Shown piece after piece: positions 30,209 to 39,179 of a stretch of 64,000 bases of DNA (the first letter of the stretch is position 1; each line of letters opens with the position of its first letter). The DNA is from an uncultured Acidobacteriota bacterium. GTDB taxonomy: Bacteria > Acidobacteriota > Thermoanaerobaculia > Multivoradales > UBA5704. The stretch covers positions 2,976,001 to 3,040,000 of the forward strand of contig CAVYRF010000002.1 of NCBI GenBank assembly GCA_963770895.1, in the 5' to 3' direction. Made by a program: the position numbers and the translations under genes. Below the pieces are notes generated by a model, which was not told the origin of the DNA, searched no databases, and worked only from the letters and a program-made list of their open reading frames with translations.

Positions 30209-31240
30209 TCAGCGTGCCGCCCGCGCCGGCGTTGCCCGCGCCGCGCGCGGTGCGCGCAGCACCTGCCAGCCCGGCGCGCGCAGACGTGCAAGCGTCGGAC
30301 CGGGGTCGCGCATGGCCAGAAAGTTAGGCGCTTCGTAGGGCGGCAGCCGCGGCGGCTCGCACGGCGACGACAGCACCAGGCCGCGCAGGTTCCAGCCCAG
30401 GGCGACGACGTGGTAGCCGTGCGCGCACAGCAGGTCGCACAGCGTCTGGCGCAGCGGCCCGTAGGCTTCGTAGATGACGTTGGCGATCGCCCCTGCCGCC
30501 AGGGCTCGCGCGGCGCCGGCCAGCACCTGCGGCTCGCCGCCTTCGACGTCGATCTTCACCATCTTCACCGCCGGCGTGTCCGCGGCCGCCGCGGCCAGCG
30601 GCTCGGCCGCGGTTGGAGTCGCGGTCGCCGGCACACCCGCCGGCGCCGCCATGGCCGCCATGGCCGCCATGGCCGCCGACGGCGCCAACGCCGCCAGCGT
30701 CGCGTCGAGCGTCGTCACCGGGATGCGCAGCGCGCCCTCCTGATCGGTGAGGCGGGCGGTGCCCTGGTTGGCGGCGAAATAGGTGCCGCAATCCAGGAAT
30801 CCATCGCCCGCGCGTTCGCCCAGGGCGCTGGCCACGACTTCGATCGGCGCCAGGCTGGGGCAGCGCTCCTGGAACGCCGCCACGTTGTCGCGCAGGCGCC
30901 GGCAGACGTCCGGATGCGGCTCGAAGGCCAGCACCCTGCCGGCGGCGCCCGCCCGCAGCGCCATGATGCTGGTCATGTAGCCCAGGTTGGCGCCGGCGTC
31001 GATCGCCACGTCGCCGGGCTCGATCAGCCGCCACAGGGTTTCGCTCACCGCCAGGTCGTACAGACCCAGCCGCCAGATGGCGCCGCCGACGTCTTCGCCG
31101 GCGTCGACCGCCAGCGGCAGCCCCCAGGGCAGCTCGACCACCACCTTCCGGGGTGGCGCGCCGGTCAGCACCTGGCGCAGCCGCCGCGCCGCCTGGCCGG
31201 GGCGCCACAGGTAGTGCGGCTTGAGGATGCCGGCGATCAC
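30209..31240 (-). CDS. FkbM family methyltransferase
   Basis: IDAGANLGY, LAFEPHP, TTLD, VKIDVEGGE; Ala/Met-rich insert. Confidence 0.88.
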   Translation of the reverse strand: MIAGILKPHYLWRPGQAARRLRQVLTGAPPRKVVVELPWGLPLAVDAGEDVGGAIWRLGLYDLAVSETLWRLIEPGDVAIDAGANLGYMTSIMALRAGAAGRVLAFEPHPDVCRRLRDNVAAFQERCPSLAPIEVVASALGERAGDGFLDCGTYFAANQGTARLTDQEGALRIPVTTLDATLAALAPSAAMAAMAAMAAPAGVPATATPTAAEPLAAAAADTPAVKMVKIDVEGGEPQVLAGAARALAAGAIANVIYEAYGPLRQTLCDLLCAHGYHVVALGWNLRGLVLSSPCEPPRLPPYEAPNFLAMRDPGPTLARLRAPGWQVLRAPRAARATPARAAR

Positions 31241-32004
31241 GAGCGCACGTCTTCCAGGCGCCACAGGCTCAGGGTGCGGTGGAGGTGCCGGCCGTCCTCG
31301 TCGTACTCCTTTTCCAGGATGGCCTGGCGCGGCGGCGGCAGGCGGAAGGGCGGCAGCTCCAGGTCGAGCGGCCGCCATTGGCCGCTCAGGATGTCCTGGT
31401 TGGCGGCGAGCCCCGGATAGTGGGTGGTGAGCAGCCAGGTCGCGCCGCTGGCGCGAAAGTTGGTCAGCGCGCGGCGGATGTAGAAAAAGGACAGGTGGAT
31501 CAGGGCGTCGCGGCAGAGGATCAGGTCGGCTTCGGGCAGGCCGTCGGCGGTGAAGTCGGCCACCGCGAAATGGACGCCGCGGCCGGTCACGCGCCGGCGG
31601 TTGCGCTCGACGAGCGCCGGCACGATGTCGACGCCGGTGTAGCGATCCAGCCCCATCTCGGCGGGAACCAGCCAGTTGCAGTCGCCGCAAGGCGCGTCGA
31701 GCAGCGAGCGGACGCCCAGCTGGCGCAGCAGCGGCGGCAGCTGGGCGCGCACCGCGCGCGTTTCTTCCAGGGTCGAGCCCAGCCCCGAAACCGTTTCCGC
31801 CTGGCCCCACATGTTGCCGTCGTGGATGGCGCCGAAGATGCCGCCCAGGTGATCGCCGCGGCCGCCCAGGCGCCGCGCCAGCTCCTTGAGCTGAAGATAG
31901 CCCGCCGCCGCCCGCGGCAGTGCCGCCCGCGGCAGCGCCGCCTTGAGGCACGCCTTCAGGCGCGCTCTCCAGCGGGCCCGTTCGGCGCTGGGCGGGTGGG
32001 TCAC
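31237..32004 (-). CDS. Class I SAM-dependent methyltransferase
   Basis: WGQAETVSGLGS, LLDAPCGD, YTGVDIV, DLILCRDALIHL. Confidence 0.85.
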   Translation of the reverse strand: MTHPPSAERARWRARLKACLKAALPRAALPRAAAGYLQLKELARRLGGRGDHLGGIFGAIHDGNMWGQAETVSGLGSTLEETRAVRAQLPPLLRQLGVRSLLDAPCGDCNWLVPAEMGLDRYTGVDIVPALVERNRRRVTGRGVHFAVADFTADGLPEADLILCRDALIHLSFFYIRRALTNFRASGATWLLTTHYPGLAANQDILSGQWRPLDLELPPFRLPPPRQAILEKEYDEDGRHLHRTLSLWRLEDVRS

Positions 32005-33827
32005 GACTCGCTCCGGGTGACGACGACGTCGCCGAGCACCAGCCGGTCCATGCGCGTGCGCAGGAAGCAGTCGAGCGCCTCGCCGGGGGTGTTGACGATC
32101 GGCTCGTTCTCGTTGAACGAAGTATTGAGCACCATCGGCACGCCGGTCTGTTCCTCGAAGGCGCGGATCAGCTGCCAGTAGCGCGGATTGGTGGCGCGCG
32201 ACACGGTTTGCAGGCGGCCGGTGCCGTCGACGTGGGTCACCGCCGGGATGAGCGGGCGCCGCTCGGGGCGGATCGGATAGACCTTGATCATGAACGGGTC
32301 GGGATAGGCGAGGGTGAACCAGTCGCCGGTGCGCTCGGCGAGCACCGACGGCGCGAATGGGCGGAACGATTCGCGCCGCTTGATCTTGCGGTTGAGCAGC
32401 TCCTGCATGTCGGCGCGGCGCGGGTCGGCCAGGATCGAGCGGTTGCCGAGCGCCCGCGGCCCCCATTCGGAGCGCCCCTGGTACCAGCCGACGACCTCGC
32501 CGCGGGCCAGCGCCGCGGCGGTGTCGGCGGCCAGGCTGTCGCCGCCGCCGGCCGCCTGGACGCGGATGTCGCCCCAGCTGCCGTCGCGGCCGCCGGAGTC
32601 GGGGAGCGCCGCCGCCAGCGCCTGGCGCGCCTGCGCTTCGTCGAAGGCGGGGCCCCAATAGCAGTGCTCCATGACGAAGCCGCGCGGCGCGCCCAGCACC
32701 GCGTGCTGCACCCACAGGGCGGCGCCCAGCGAGGTGCCGGCGTCGCCGGCGGCGGCCTGGATGTAGACGTCCTGGACGTCGGTGTGGTCGAACAGCTTGC
32801 CGTTGGCAAGCGAGTTCATGGCGCAGCCGCCGGCGAGCGCCAGGCGGCGCAGGCCGGTGCGCCGGGTGACGGCCCTGACCAGGGCGAAGAAGCGCTCTTC
32901 GTAGACCTGTTGCAGCGAGGCCGCCAGGTCCTTGTGCTGCTGGGTCAGCTCCTCGCCGGCCTGGCGGGCCGCCATGCCCAGGAGCGCCCCGACGGCCGGG
33001 GTGAAGAGCGGCGCGAGCACCGGCGCGCCGTCGTCCCAGGTCATGTCCACGCCTTCCGAAAGGTGGCGGAAATAGCGCAGGTCGAGGCGGAAGGTGCCGT
33101 CGGGAAGGGCGGGCGCCAGGCGGCCGAGCCGGTCGGCGAAGCGCGGCGACCCGTAGGCCGCCAGGCCCATCACCTTGTATTCGTCGCCGAAGCCCAGGAA
33201 GCCCAGGAACTGCGTGATCGCCGTGTACAGCTGCCCCAGGGAGTGCGGAAAGTGGACGCGCTGCAGGACGTCGATGGCGTTGCCGCGGCCGTGCGCCAGC
33301 ATCGTCGAGGTGAAGTCGCCGAAGCCGTCGACCGACAGGCAGGCGGCCTCTTCGAAGGGCGAGCAGAAAAAGGCGGAAGCCAGGTGCGCCAGGTGGTGCT
33401 CGACCGGGTAGAGGCGCGGCAGCGGGGCGGCCGCGCCGCGGGCGGTGCCGGGCCTGTCCGGCGCCTTGGCGCCGCCGCCACCGCCGCCCACCGCGGCGGC
33501 GATGCGGTCGCCGAGCGCTCCGACCTGCGCCAGGTTGCGCGCCCGCGACATCGCCCGCCGCAGGCTGCGCGGGTGGGTGAGCGCGAGCAGCGCCTTGCGC
33601 CACAGGTAGGCGCGCGGCTGGCGCGACACGGCGAGCGCCGAGACGGCGCCCAGGTCGCCGCCCAGCTGGTCCAGGCAATAGGCGAGCGAGTGCGAGGGGA
33701 ATCCGGCCCAGTGCTTGATGCGGCGAAAGCGCTCCTCTTCGACGCCGGCGACGAAGCTGCCGTCGCGCACCGCCGCCGCCGCCGCGTCGGCATGAAACGC
33801 CGAAAGGCCCAGGACGCTAGACCCCAT
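32001..33827 (-). CDS. Carbamoyltransferase (NodU/CmcH family)
   Basis: EEERFRRIKH, EHHLAH, EYKVMGLAAYG, LAGGCAMN, GPRALGNRSILADP, RESFRPFAPS, LNTSFN. Confidence 0.95.
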   Translation of the reverse strand: MGSSVLGLSAFHADAAAAAVRDGSFVAGVEEERFRRIKHWAGFPSHSLAYCLDQLGGDLGAVSALAVSRQPRAYLWRKALLALTHPRSLRRAMSRARNLAQVGALGDRIAAAVGGGGGGAKAPDRPGTARGAAAPLPRLYPVEHHLAHLASAFFCSPFEEAACLSVDGFGDFTSTMLAHGRGNAIDVLQRVHFPHSLGQLYTAITQFLGFLGFGDEYKVMGLAAYGSPRFADRLGRLAPALPDGTFRLDLRYFRHLSEGVDMTWDDGAPVLAPLFTPAVGALLGMAARQAGEELTQQHKDLAASLQQVYEERFFALVRAVTRRTGLRRLALAGGCAMNSLANGKLFDHTDVQDVYIQAAAGDAGTSLGAALWVQHAVLGAPRGFVMEHCYWGPAFDEAQARQALAAALPDSGGRDGSWGDIRVQAAGGGDSLAADTAAALARGEVVGWYQGRSEWGPRALGNRSILADPRRADMQELLNRKIKRRESFRPFAPSVLAERTGDWFTLAYPDPFMIKVYPIRPERRPLIPAVTHVDGTGRLQTVSRATNPRYWQLIRAFEEQTGVPMVLNTSFNENEPIVNTPGEALDCFLRTRMDRLVLGDVVVTRSES

Positions 33828-34758
33828 CGCGCGCCCCCGCGCCGGCCGCGCCGCCGGTCTGGCCGTCCGCGGCCGATGTTGCCGCGGCCGCTGCCGCCGC
33901 GGCGCGCTGCAGCTCCTGCAGGCGGATGTCGACCACCAGGCGGAACCAATAGGCCTGCAGGAAATGGAAGACGAAACCGTTGCTGCCGTCCAGGACGCCG
34001 AGCAGCACGACGTAGCGGTAGAAAAAGTAGAGCGCCGGGCGCAGGAAGAGCGGCATGCGGTAGTAGCGGCTCTTGAGCCACAGGACGCGCTCGTCGGAGG
34101 CGCCGAACAGGCGCGGCGTGAGCTTCCAGGGGAGCCCGCCGCCGCGCCGCGCCAGCTCCTCGCGGGCGAAGGCGTCGGCGTAGCGCAGGTGCTTTTCCAG
34201 GTAGAACAGGATCGCGTCTTCCTTGCGGTTCCACTCTTCGAGCGGCGCGCGCAGGCGGCCGACCGGGCCGTGTACGTAGACGCGGGTGTCCTGCTCGTCG
34301 GGATCGAGCTCGCAGCGGTCGCGCCGGAACAGCTTCAACAGGTGTTTGCCGCCGTAGCCGCCGAAGCGGATGGGGCGGCCGCGAAAGATCTGGCGGCGGC
34401 GAATGTAGAAGCCGGCCTCGGGCCGGCCGGCGTCGGCCAGCACGGCGGCGATCTCCTGGCGCAGGGCGGGGCCGAGCGCCTGGTCGGCCTCCAGGATCAG
34501 CACCCAGGCGTTGCGGATCGGCAGGTGGTCCAGTCCCCACTGGAAGATCCAGGGAATGATGCGCGAATGGTCGTAGGCCAGCACCTGCACCTGGTCGGCG
34601 TAGCGCTGGGCGATCTCGCGCGTGCGGTCGCTGCTCTCTGAATCGATGACGAAGACCTGGTCGGCGAAGCCGTGGACGCTGGCCAGGCAGCGCTCCACGT
34701 TCGCCTCTTCGTTGCGGGTCACGACCAGCACGGACAGCGGTACAGCCGGGGGAGTCAC
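33817..34758 (-). CDS. Glycosyltransferase family 2
   Basis: LSVLVVTRNEEANVERCLASV, IDSESSDRT, LILEADQ, LGVLDGSNGFVFHFLQAYW. Confidence 0.88.
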   Translation of the reverse strand: MTPPAVPLSVLVVTRNEEANVERCLASVHGFADQVFVIDSESSDRTREIAQRYADQVQVLAYDHSRIIPWIFQWGLDHLPIRNAWVLILEADQALGPALRQEIAAVLADAGRPEAGFYIRRRQIFRGRPIRFGGYGGKHLLKLFRRDRCELDPDEQDTRVYVHGPVGRLRAPLEEWNRKEDAILFYLEKHLRYADAFAREELARRGGGLPWKLTPRLFGASDERVLWLKSRYYRMPLFLRPALYFFYRYVVLLGVLDGSNGFVFHFLQAYWFRLVVDIRLQELQRAAAAAAAATSAADGQTGGAAGAGARDGV

Positions 34759-35975
34759 GGGGCCGAGCCTCCCACGATCCGCCCCGCGGCGTCCAGGAGA
34801 TGCCGCCAGGTCGCCGCATAGTCCCAGCGCGCCAGGATCTCGCGATTGGCCGCCGCCACCGCCGCGCGATCGAGCGCCAGCGCCTCGCCGATGCGGCCGG
34901 CCAGCGCCGCGGCGTCGCCAACCGGGTAGAGCCCGCCGTTCGCCCCCGCCGCCAGCAGGTCGTAGCCCGCGCCGACCCGCGACGAAGCCACCACCGGCAG
35001 GCCGCAGGCCAGCGCCTCCTCGACCGACACCCCCCAACGCTCCTCCCGCGCCGGGTGCACGAACAGGTCCGCCGCCGCGTACAGCCGCGGCAGCTCGGCG
35101 TACGGCACGTAGCCCAGAAAGTGCACCCGGCCGGAGTCCGCCGGCGCGTCGTGGGACAGGCCGGCGGCCGCCGCATCTTCCAGGGAGCCCTTGGGGCGAG
35201 GCGCCGGTCGGGCGCCAGCGTGGTCTGCCAGGCGCGCCAGCTCGTCGCGGGCCGGGCCGTCGCCGGCGATCAGCAGGTGGACGTCCGGCGGCAGCAGCGG
35301 CAGCGCGCGCAGCAGGTCCCAGGGGGCCTCGCGCGGGTTGAGCTTGGTGACGGCCAGCACCGCCCTGGCGGCGGGCGGCAGCCCCAGGCGCTGCCGGGCC
35401 GCCGCCCGCGCGGCGGGGGAGACGCGCGCCGCGGCGGTGCGGAAGTGATCGACGTCCACGGCGTAGGGAAAGAGGCCGCGCCGCGCCTGCGGCACGCCGC
35501 AGGCGGCCAGATACTCGAGCGTCAGGCTGCCGGTCCCCAGGTAGAGATCGAACAGCGGCCGCAGCAGCAGCGAGAACAGCACCCGCTTCGCAGCCCGCCG
35601 CGGCGCCCGCGTCCCCCACAGCACGGAATCCAGCCGCAGCGCGGTGGCGATGCGCGCCCGCCGGGCGAGCGCCGCCGCCAGCAGGTAGTGCGACCGCGTG
35701 TAGCCGTTGACGATCAGCAGGTCGCAGGCGCCGGGCGCCAGCCGCTGCGCCAGCCACCGGCCGCGCCCCCGCGCGGGCGCCACGGCATGTGGAAACCCGC
35801 CCAACAGGTCGATTCCCCAGGTCACCGTGCGGCCCAGCTCGGGATCGAACACCGGCTTGCCCGGCGCCGCGCCGGTGAACAGCACCCGCAGCTCGTGCCG
35901 CCGGTCGCGCGCGGCGAAGCGATAGAAAGGCGCCTCGAACTGCGTCGGCCGCTCGACCAGAAAGGTTATCTTCAC
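34755..35975 (-). CDS. Glycosyltransferase family 4
   Basis: KITFLVERPTQFEAPFY, AGDGP, DLFVHPAREERWGVSVEEALACGLP. Confidence 0.88.
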   Translation of the reverse strand: MKITFLVERPTQFEAPFYRFAARDRRHELRVLFTGAAPGKPVFDPELGRTVTWGIDLLGGFPHAVAPARGRGRWLAQRLAPGACDLLIVNGYTRSHYLLAAALARRARIATALRLDSVLWGTRAPRRAAKRVLFSLLLRPLFDLYLGTGSLTLEYLAACGVPQARRGLFPYAVDVDHFRTAAARVSPAARAAARQRLGLPPAARAVLAVTKLNPREAPWDLLRALPLLPPDVHLLIAGDGPARDELARLADHAGARPAPRPKGSLEDAAAAGLSHDAPADSGRVHFLGYVPYAELPRLYAAADLFVHPAREERWGVSVEEALACGLPVVASSRVGAGYDLLAAGANGGLYPVGDAAALAGRIGEALALDRAAVAAANREILARWDYAATWRHLLDAAGRIVGGSAP

Positions 35976-37570
35976 GGCGCTCCGTCCCCCGGTTCCTGCG
36001 GGCCGCGTCGCCGCGTCGCGTCGAGCGGCGCTGGCGCTCCCGGCGCTGGCGCCGGTTGGGCTGCCGCCAATGCTGGAATGGCTGCTCTTGTCGCAAATGG
36101 TTGTCCGGATGATGGCTTGGGCTGCGACATCAGGATCTCTTGATAGAGCTGTTCCATGCGAGCGGCGACGTCCTGCCATGAGAACCGGCTCGCCGCGGCG
36201 AGCCCGCGCTGCCCCATGGCCTGCCGCAACGGCGCATCGGCAAGCAGGCCGGCCAGGGCCGCGGCGAGCGCCGGCGGGTCGCCGGCGGTGACCAGGCCGG
36301 CGCCCGATTCGGCCACCACCTGGGCGGCGCCGACTTCCGCGGTGACGGCGACCGGCAGGCCGGCGGCCATCGCTTCCAGCACGACGTTGCCGAAGTTCTC
36401 CGAATAGGATGGCAGCACCAGCACGTCGGCGCCGTGCAGCAGCGCCGCCTTGTCGGCGCCGGCGACCGCGCCGACGAAGAGAATGCGTCCGGCGACGCCC
36501 GCGCCGGCGGCCAGGGATTCCAGGCGCTGGCGGTATCCCTCCTCGTCGTTGCCGGCGATGACCAGCGTGGCGCCGGGCACCTGGGCAAGCGCCTGCACCA
36601 GGCGATCCAGCCCTTTTTTCCAGGAGATCCGTCCCAGGAAGAGCAGCAGCGGACGGTGCTCCAGGGCGGCGCGAACCGCGGGGGCGAGCGCCAGAGCCGG
36701 CGCGCCAGCCAATCGGTCGGGCGCCGCGAGGAACGCCGCGCCTGGCGCGGCTGCAAGCGCGGCATCGGCCTGGAGGCGCTCGGGCTGCCAAGACTCGGCC
36801 CTTTGAGACGCGAGCGGTTCCGAATTCGACTGGCGGCCCGCTGGCGGCCAAGGTGCGGGGAACCGCGCCGTGGGCGACGCAAGGTTCGGCTGCCCGGCCG
36901 CCTGCGGCCACGCCTGGGGCTGCCAAAGATCCGGGTCGACGCCGTTGGGGATCACGACGACCGGCGGCAGGCGCAACCCGAGGCGCGACGCTTCGTCGGC
37001 TTCCAGCTGGCTGGTGGCGTGGAGGGCGGCGGCGCGCTCCAGGTTGCGGCGCTCGACCAGGGCGATCCACAGGCGCTTGCGCAGCCGGCCGCGTCGGCGG
37101 AGCAGGTCGGCGACCAGCATGCCGCGGGGGGAAATCAGGTAGGGCACCCGCGCCCGCCGCGCTGCTGCTGCTGCTGCTGCGGTCGGCCACAGGAAGACGG
37201 AATGCAGGTGCACGATGTCGAAGCGCGCGCCGGCGTTTGCGCTGGCGGCGGTGTCGCCCGCCAGGTCCCCGGCGCCGTCGTGGGCGGCATCGGGCAGCGC
37301 GCGGCGGAGCGCCTGCTGGAGCGCCGGCGACCGGTAGAGGCGCCGCGGCGTGGTGACCGGGAAGTACCAGGCGGTGACGTCCTCGACCGCCACCGGCGCG
37401 GCGCGCGGCACCTCCGGCCCCAGCGTGCCGCTGCCGTGGACGTCGGTGGTGAACACCGTGACGTCGTGGCCGCGCGCCGCCAGCGCCTTGCAGAGGCCGT
37501 GCACGGCGAAGACGGGGCCGCCGTGACGCCAGGCGGGCACGTAGGTGGGCACCACGTGCAGCACCCTCAT
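35972..37570 (-). CDS. Glycosyltransferase family 4 with a long interdomain insert
   Basis: MRVLHVVPTYVPAWRHGGP, SPRGML, LGRISWKKG, LPSYSENFGNVVLEAMAAG. Confidence 0.9.
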   Translation of the reverse strand: MRVLHVVPTYVPAWRHGGPVFAVHGLCKALAARGHDVTVFTTDVHGSGTLGPEVPRAAPVAVEDVTAWYFPVTTPRRLYRSPALQQALRRALPDAAHDGAGDLAGDTAASANAGARFDIVHLHSVFLWPTAAAAAAARRARVPYLISPRGMLVADLLRRRGRLRKRLWIALVERRNLERAAALHATSQLEADEASRLGLRLPPVVVIPNGVDPDLWQPQAWPQAAGQPNLASPTARFPAPWPPAGRQSNSEPLASQRAESWQPERLQADAALAAAPGAAFLAAPDRLAGAPALALAPAVRAALEHRPLLLFLGRISWKKGLDRLVQALAQVPGATLVIAGNDEEGYRQRLESLAAGAGVAGRILFVGAVAGADKAALLHGADVLVLPSYSENFGNVVLEAMAAGLPVAVTAEVGAAQVVAESGAGLVTAGDPPALAAALAGLLADAPLRQAMGQRGLAAASRFSWQDVAARMEQLYQEILMSQPKPSSGQPFATRAAIPALAAAQPAPAPGAPAPLDATRRRGPQEPGDGAP

Positions 37571-37651
37571 GGCGCTATCTCCCGCAGCGGCACGATGGTG
37601 CGCAGCACCCTCACGGCGCCGTCTCCCGCAGTGGCACGATGGTGCGCAGCA
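37558..37651. repeat. 44-bp tandem duplication of a stop/start gene junction
   Basis: gcagcaccctcaYggcgcYRtctcccgcagYggcacgatggtgc at 37558-37601 and 37602-37645, followed by gcagca. Confidence 0.9.
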
Positions 37652-39179
37652 AGCCGGTCAGGCGCTCGTAGTAGGCGGGCCAGGTTGCCGCCGCCGCCGA
37701 GGCGCGACATGCCGCGCGCATGGCGCGCACGGCCGGCGCGTGCCCGGCGCACCACGCCATCTGCGCGGCCAGGGCGGCGGCGTCGCCGGCCGGCACGATC
37801 CAGCCGTTGCTCCCGGCGGCGACCAGCTCGGCGGCCCCCACCATGTCGGACACCAGCACCGGCAGGCCGCAGGCCAGCGCCTCGGGCACCACCATGCCGT
37901 ACGAATCGTTGCGCGACGGTAGCACCAGGCAGTCTGCCCGCCGCAGCTCCTGCGCCAGCCGCGGCTGGTCCACCTTGCCGGCGTGGCTGATCCGCCTTCC
38001 GGCGGTAACGCGAGCCAGCAGGGGTGAGGCGTCGCCGGGCGGCCCGACGGTGCGCAGCTCGACCGCGCCAGCAGTCGTGGTGGCCACCCGGTCAAAAGCG
38101 TCGAGCAGCACGTCGAACCCCTTGCGCCGCAGCGCTGCGCCGCAGAAGAGAAAGCGGAAGGGACGGCTTGAACGGTCCGCGCCGGCACCGTCGGTCGCGC
38201 CAGCCGCACCGCTCAGCCCGCGGTCGTCGGCGATTTCCGGCAGCCCCAAACCCTCGGTCGCCCCTGCGTGGTCTGGCCGATCTGTGCCTTTCGTGCCGAC
38301 CGCCGTCTGCGGCGCTTGCATCCGGTAGCCGTCGCTGGCGAGGCGCCGTGCCATTGCTCCCAACCCTGCGCGGTCAGGGTCGGCGCCGCCGTCAACGGTG
38401 GTTGCCGGCAGTCCTTCGTCAGGAGGGCCGGCGTGACCAGCCAGCCCCCCTGCATCTTCGCTTCCCGGCTCCTCGGGCGTGAACAGGTCCAGGTCGGCCC
38501 CCAGGGCGACGGCGTGGACCTTGTCCGGCGACACGCCGGCTTCCAGGTAGCTTTCGCGGGCGAGCTCCGAGACGGTGAGGATGTGGTCGGCGAGCTCGAT
38601 TTCGAGATCCTTGATGCGAGTGATGCGGCGGTGCAGGGCGGGCGGATCGGTCGTGCCGTGCAGGCGGTCCTGCGCCTGGTGGTGCAGCGAGGGCGCGTCC
38701 AGGATGGCGATGATGCCGCGGCGGCGGGCGGCGCGCAGGGTGGTGAGGGCGGAGATTTCGCAGGCGATGACTGCCGATGGCGCCGCTGGTGCCGATGGCG
38801 CCGCCGGCGCCACCTGTGCCGACAATGCTGACGGTGCCGGCGGGCTACCGGCCGCCAGGCGCCGCAGGCCGGCCGCCGCCCAGCGGTCGAACAGGCGGCA
38901 GGCAAGGAGGTCCAACCAGGCGGCGCCGGCGCGCGGCAGCAGGGCATCGCCGGCGCGGCGCAGGGCCGGCGCCGCCGGCCAGCTGCGCAGCAGGTGCGGC
39001 GGCAGGGGCACGGGCTGATAGCCGGCGAGGCGGCGGCGCAGCGACGGCGGCAGCCAGGGGGCCTGGGCGGCGGCTGCCGGAACGCCGGACCAGTAGCCGG
39101 CGAGCATGCCGCCGCCGGCCAGGGCCAGGGCCGCGCGGTGGGAGTGCTGGCGGCCCGGGTGGGTGATCAGGACCTTCAT
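37611..39179 (-). CDS. Glycosyltransferase family 4 with a long interdomain insert
   Basis: MKVLITHPGRQHS, RRKGFDVL, LPSRNDSYGMVVPEALACGLP. Confidence 0.88.
   Translation of the reverse strand: MKVLITHPGRQHSHRAALALAGGGMLAGYWSGVPAAAAQAPWLPPSLRRRLAGYQPVPLPPHLLRSWPAAPALRRAGDALLPRAGAAWLDLLACRLFDRWAAAGLRRLAAGSPPAPSALSAQVAPAAPSAPAAPSAVIACEISALTTLRAARRRGIIAILDAPSLHHQAQDRLHGTTDPPALHRRITRIKDLEIELADHILTVSELARESYLEAGVSPDKVHAVALGADLDLFTPEEPGSEDAGGLAGHAGPPDEGLPATTVDGGADPDRAGLGAMARRLASDGYRMQAPQTAVGTKGTDRPDHAGATEGLGLPEIADDRGLSGAAGATDGAGADRSSRPFRFLFCGAALRRKGFDVLLDAFDRVATTTAGAVELRTVGPPGDASPLLARVTAGRRISHAGKVDQPRLAQELRRADCLVLPSRNDSYGMVVPEALACGLPVLVSDMVGAAELVAAGSNGWIVPAGDAAALAAQMAWCAGHAPAVRAMRAACRASAAAATWPAYYERLTGLLRTIVPLRETAP

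Noticed and set aside
30645-30677. (GCCGCCATG)x3 tandem repeat, and the (GCT)x6 run at 37161-37180
   Set aside because: In-frame low-complexity Ala/Met expansions; unit lengths are multiples of 3, so they are not phase-variation switches
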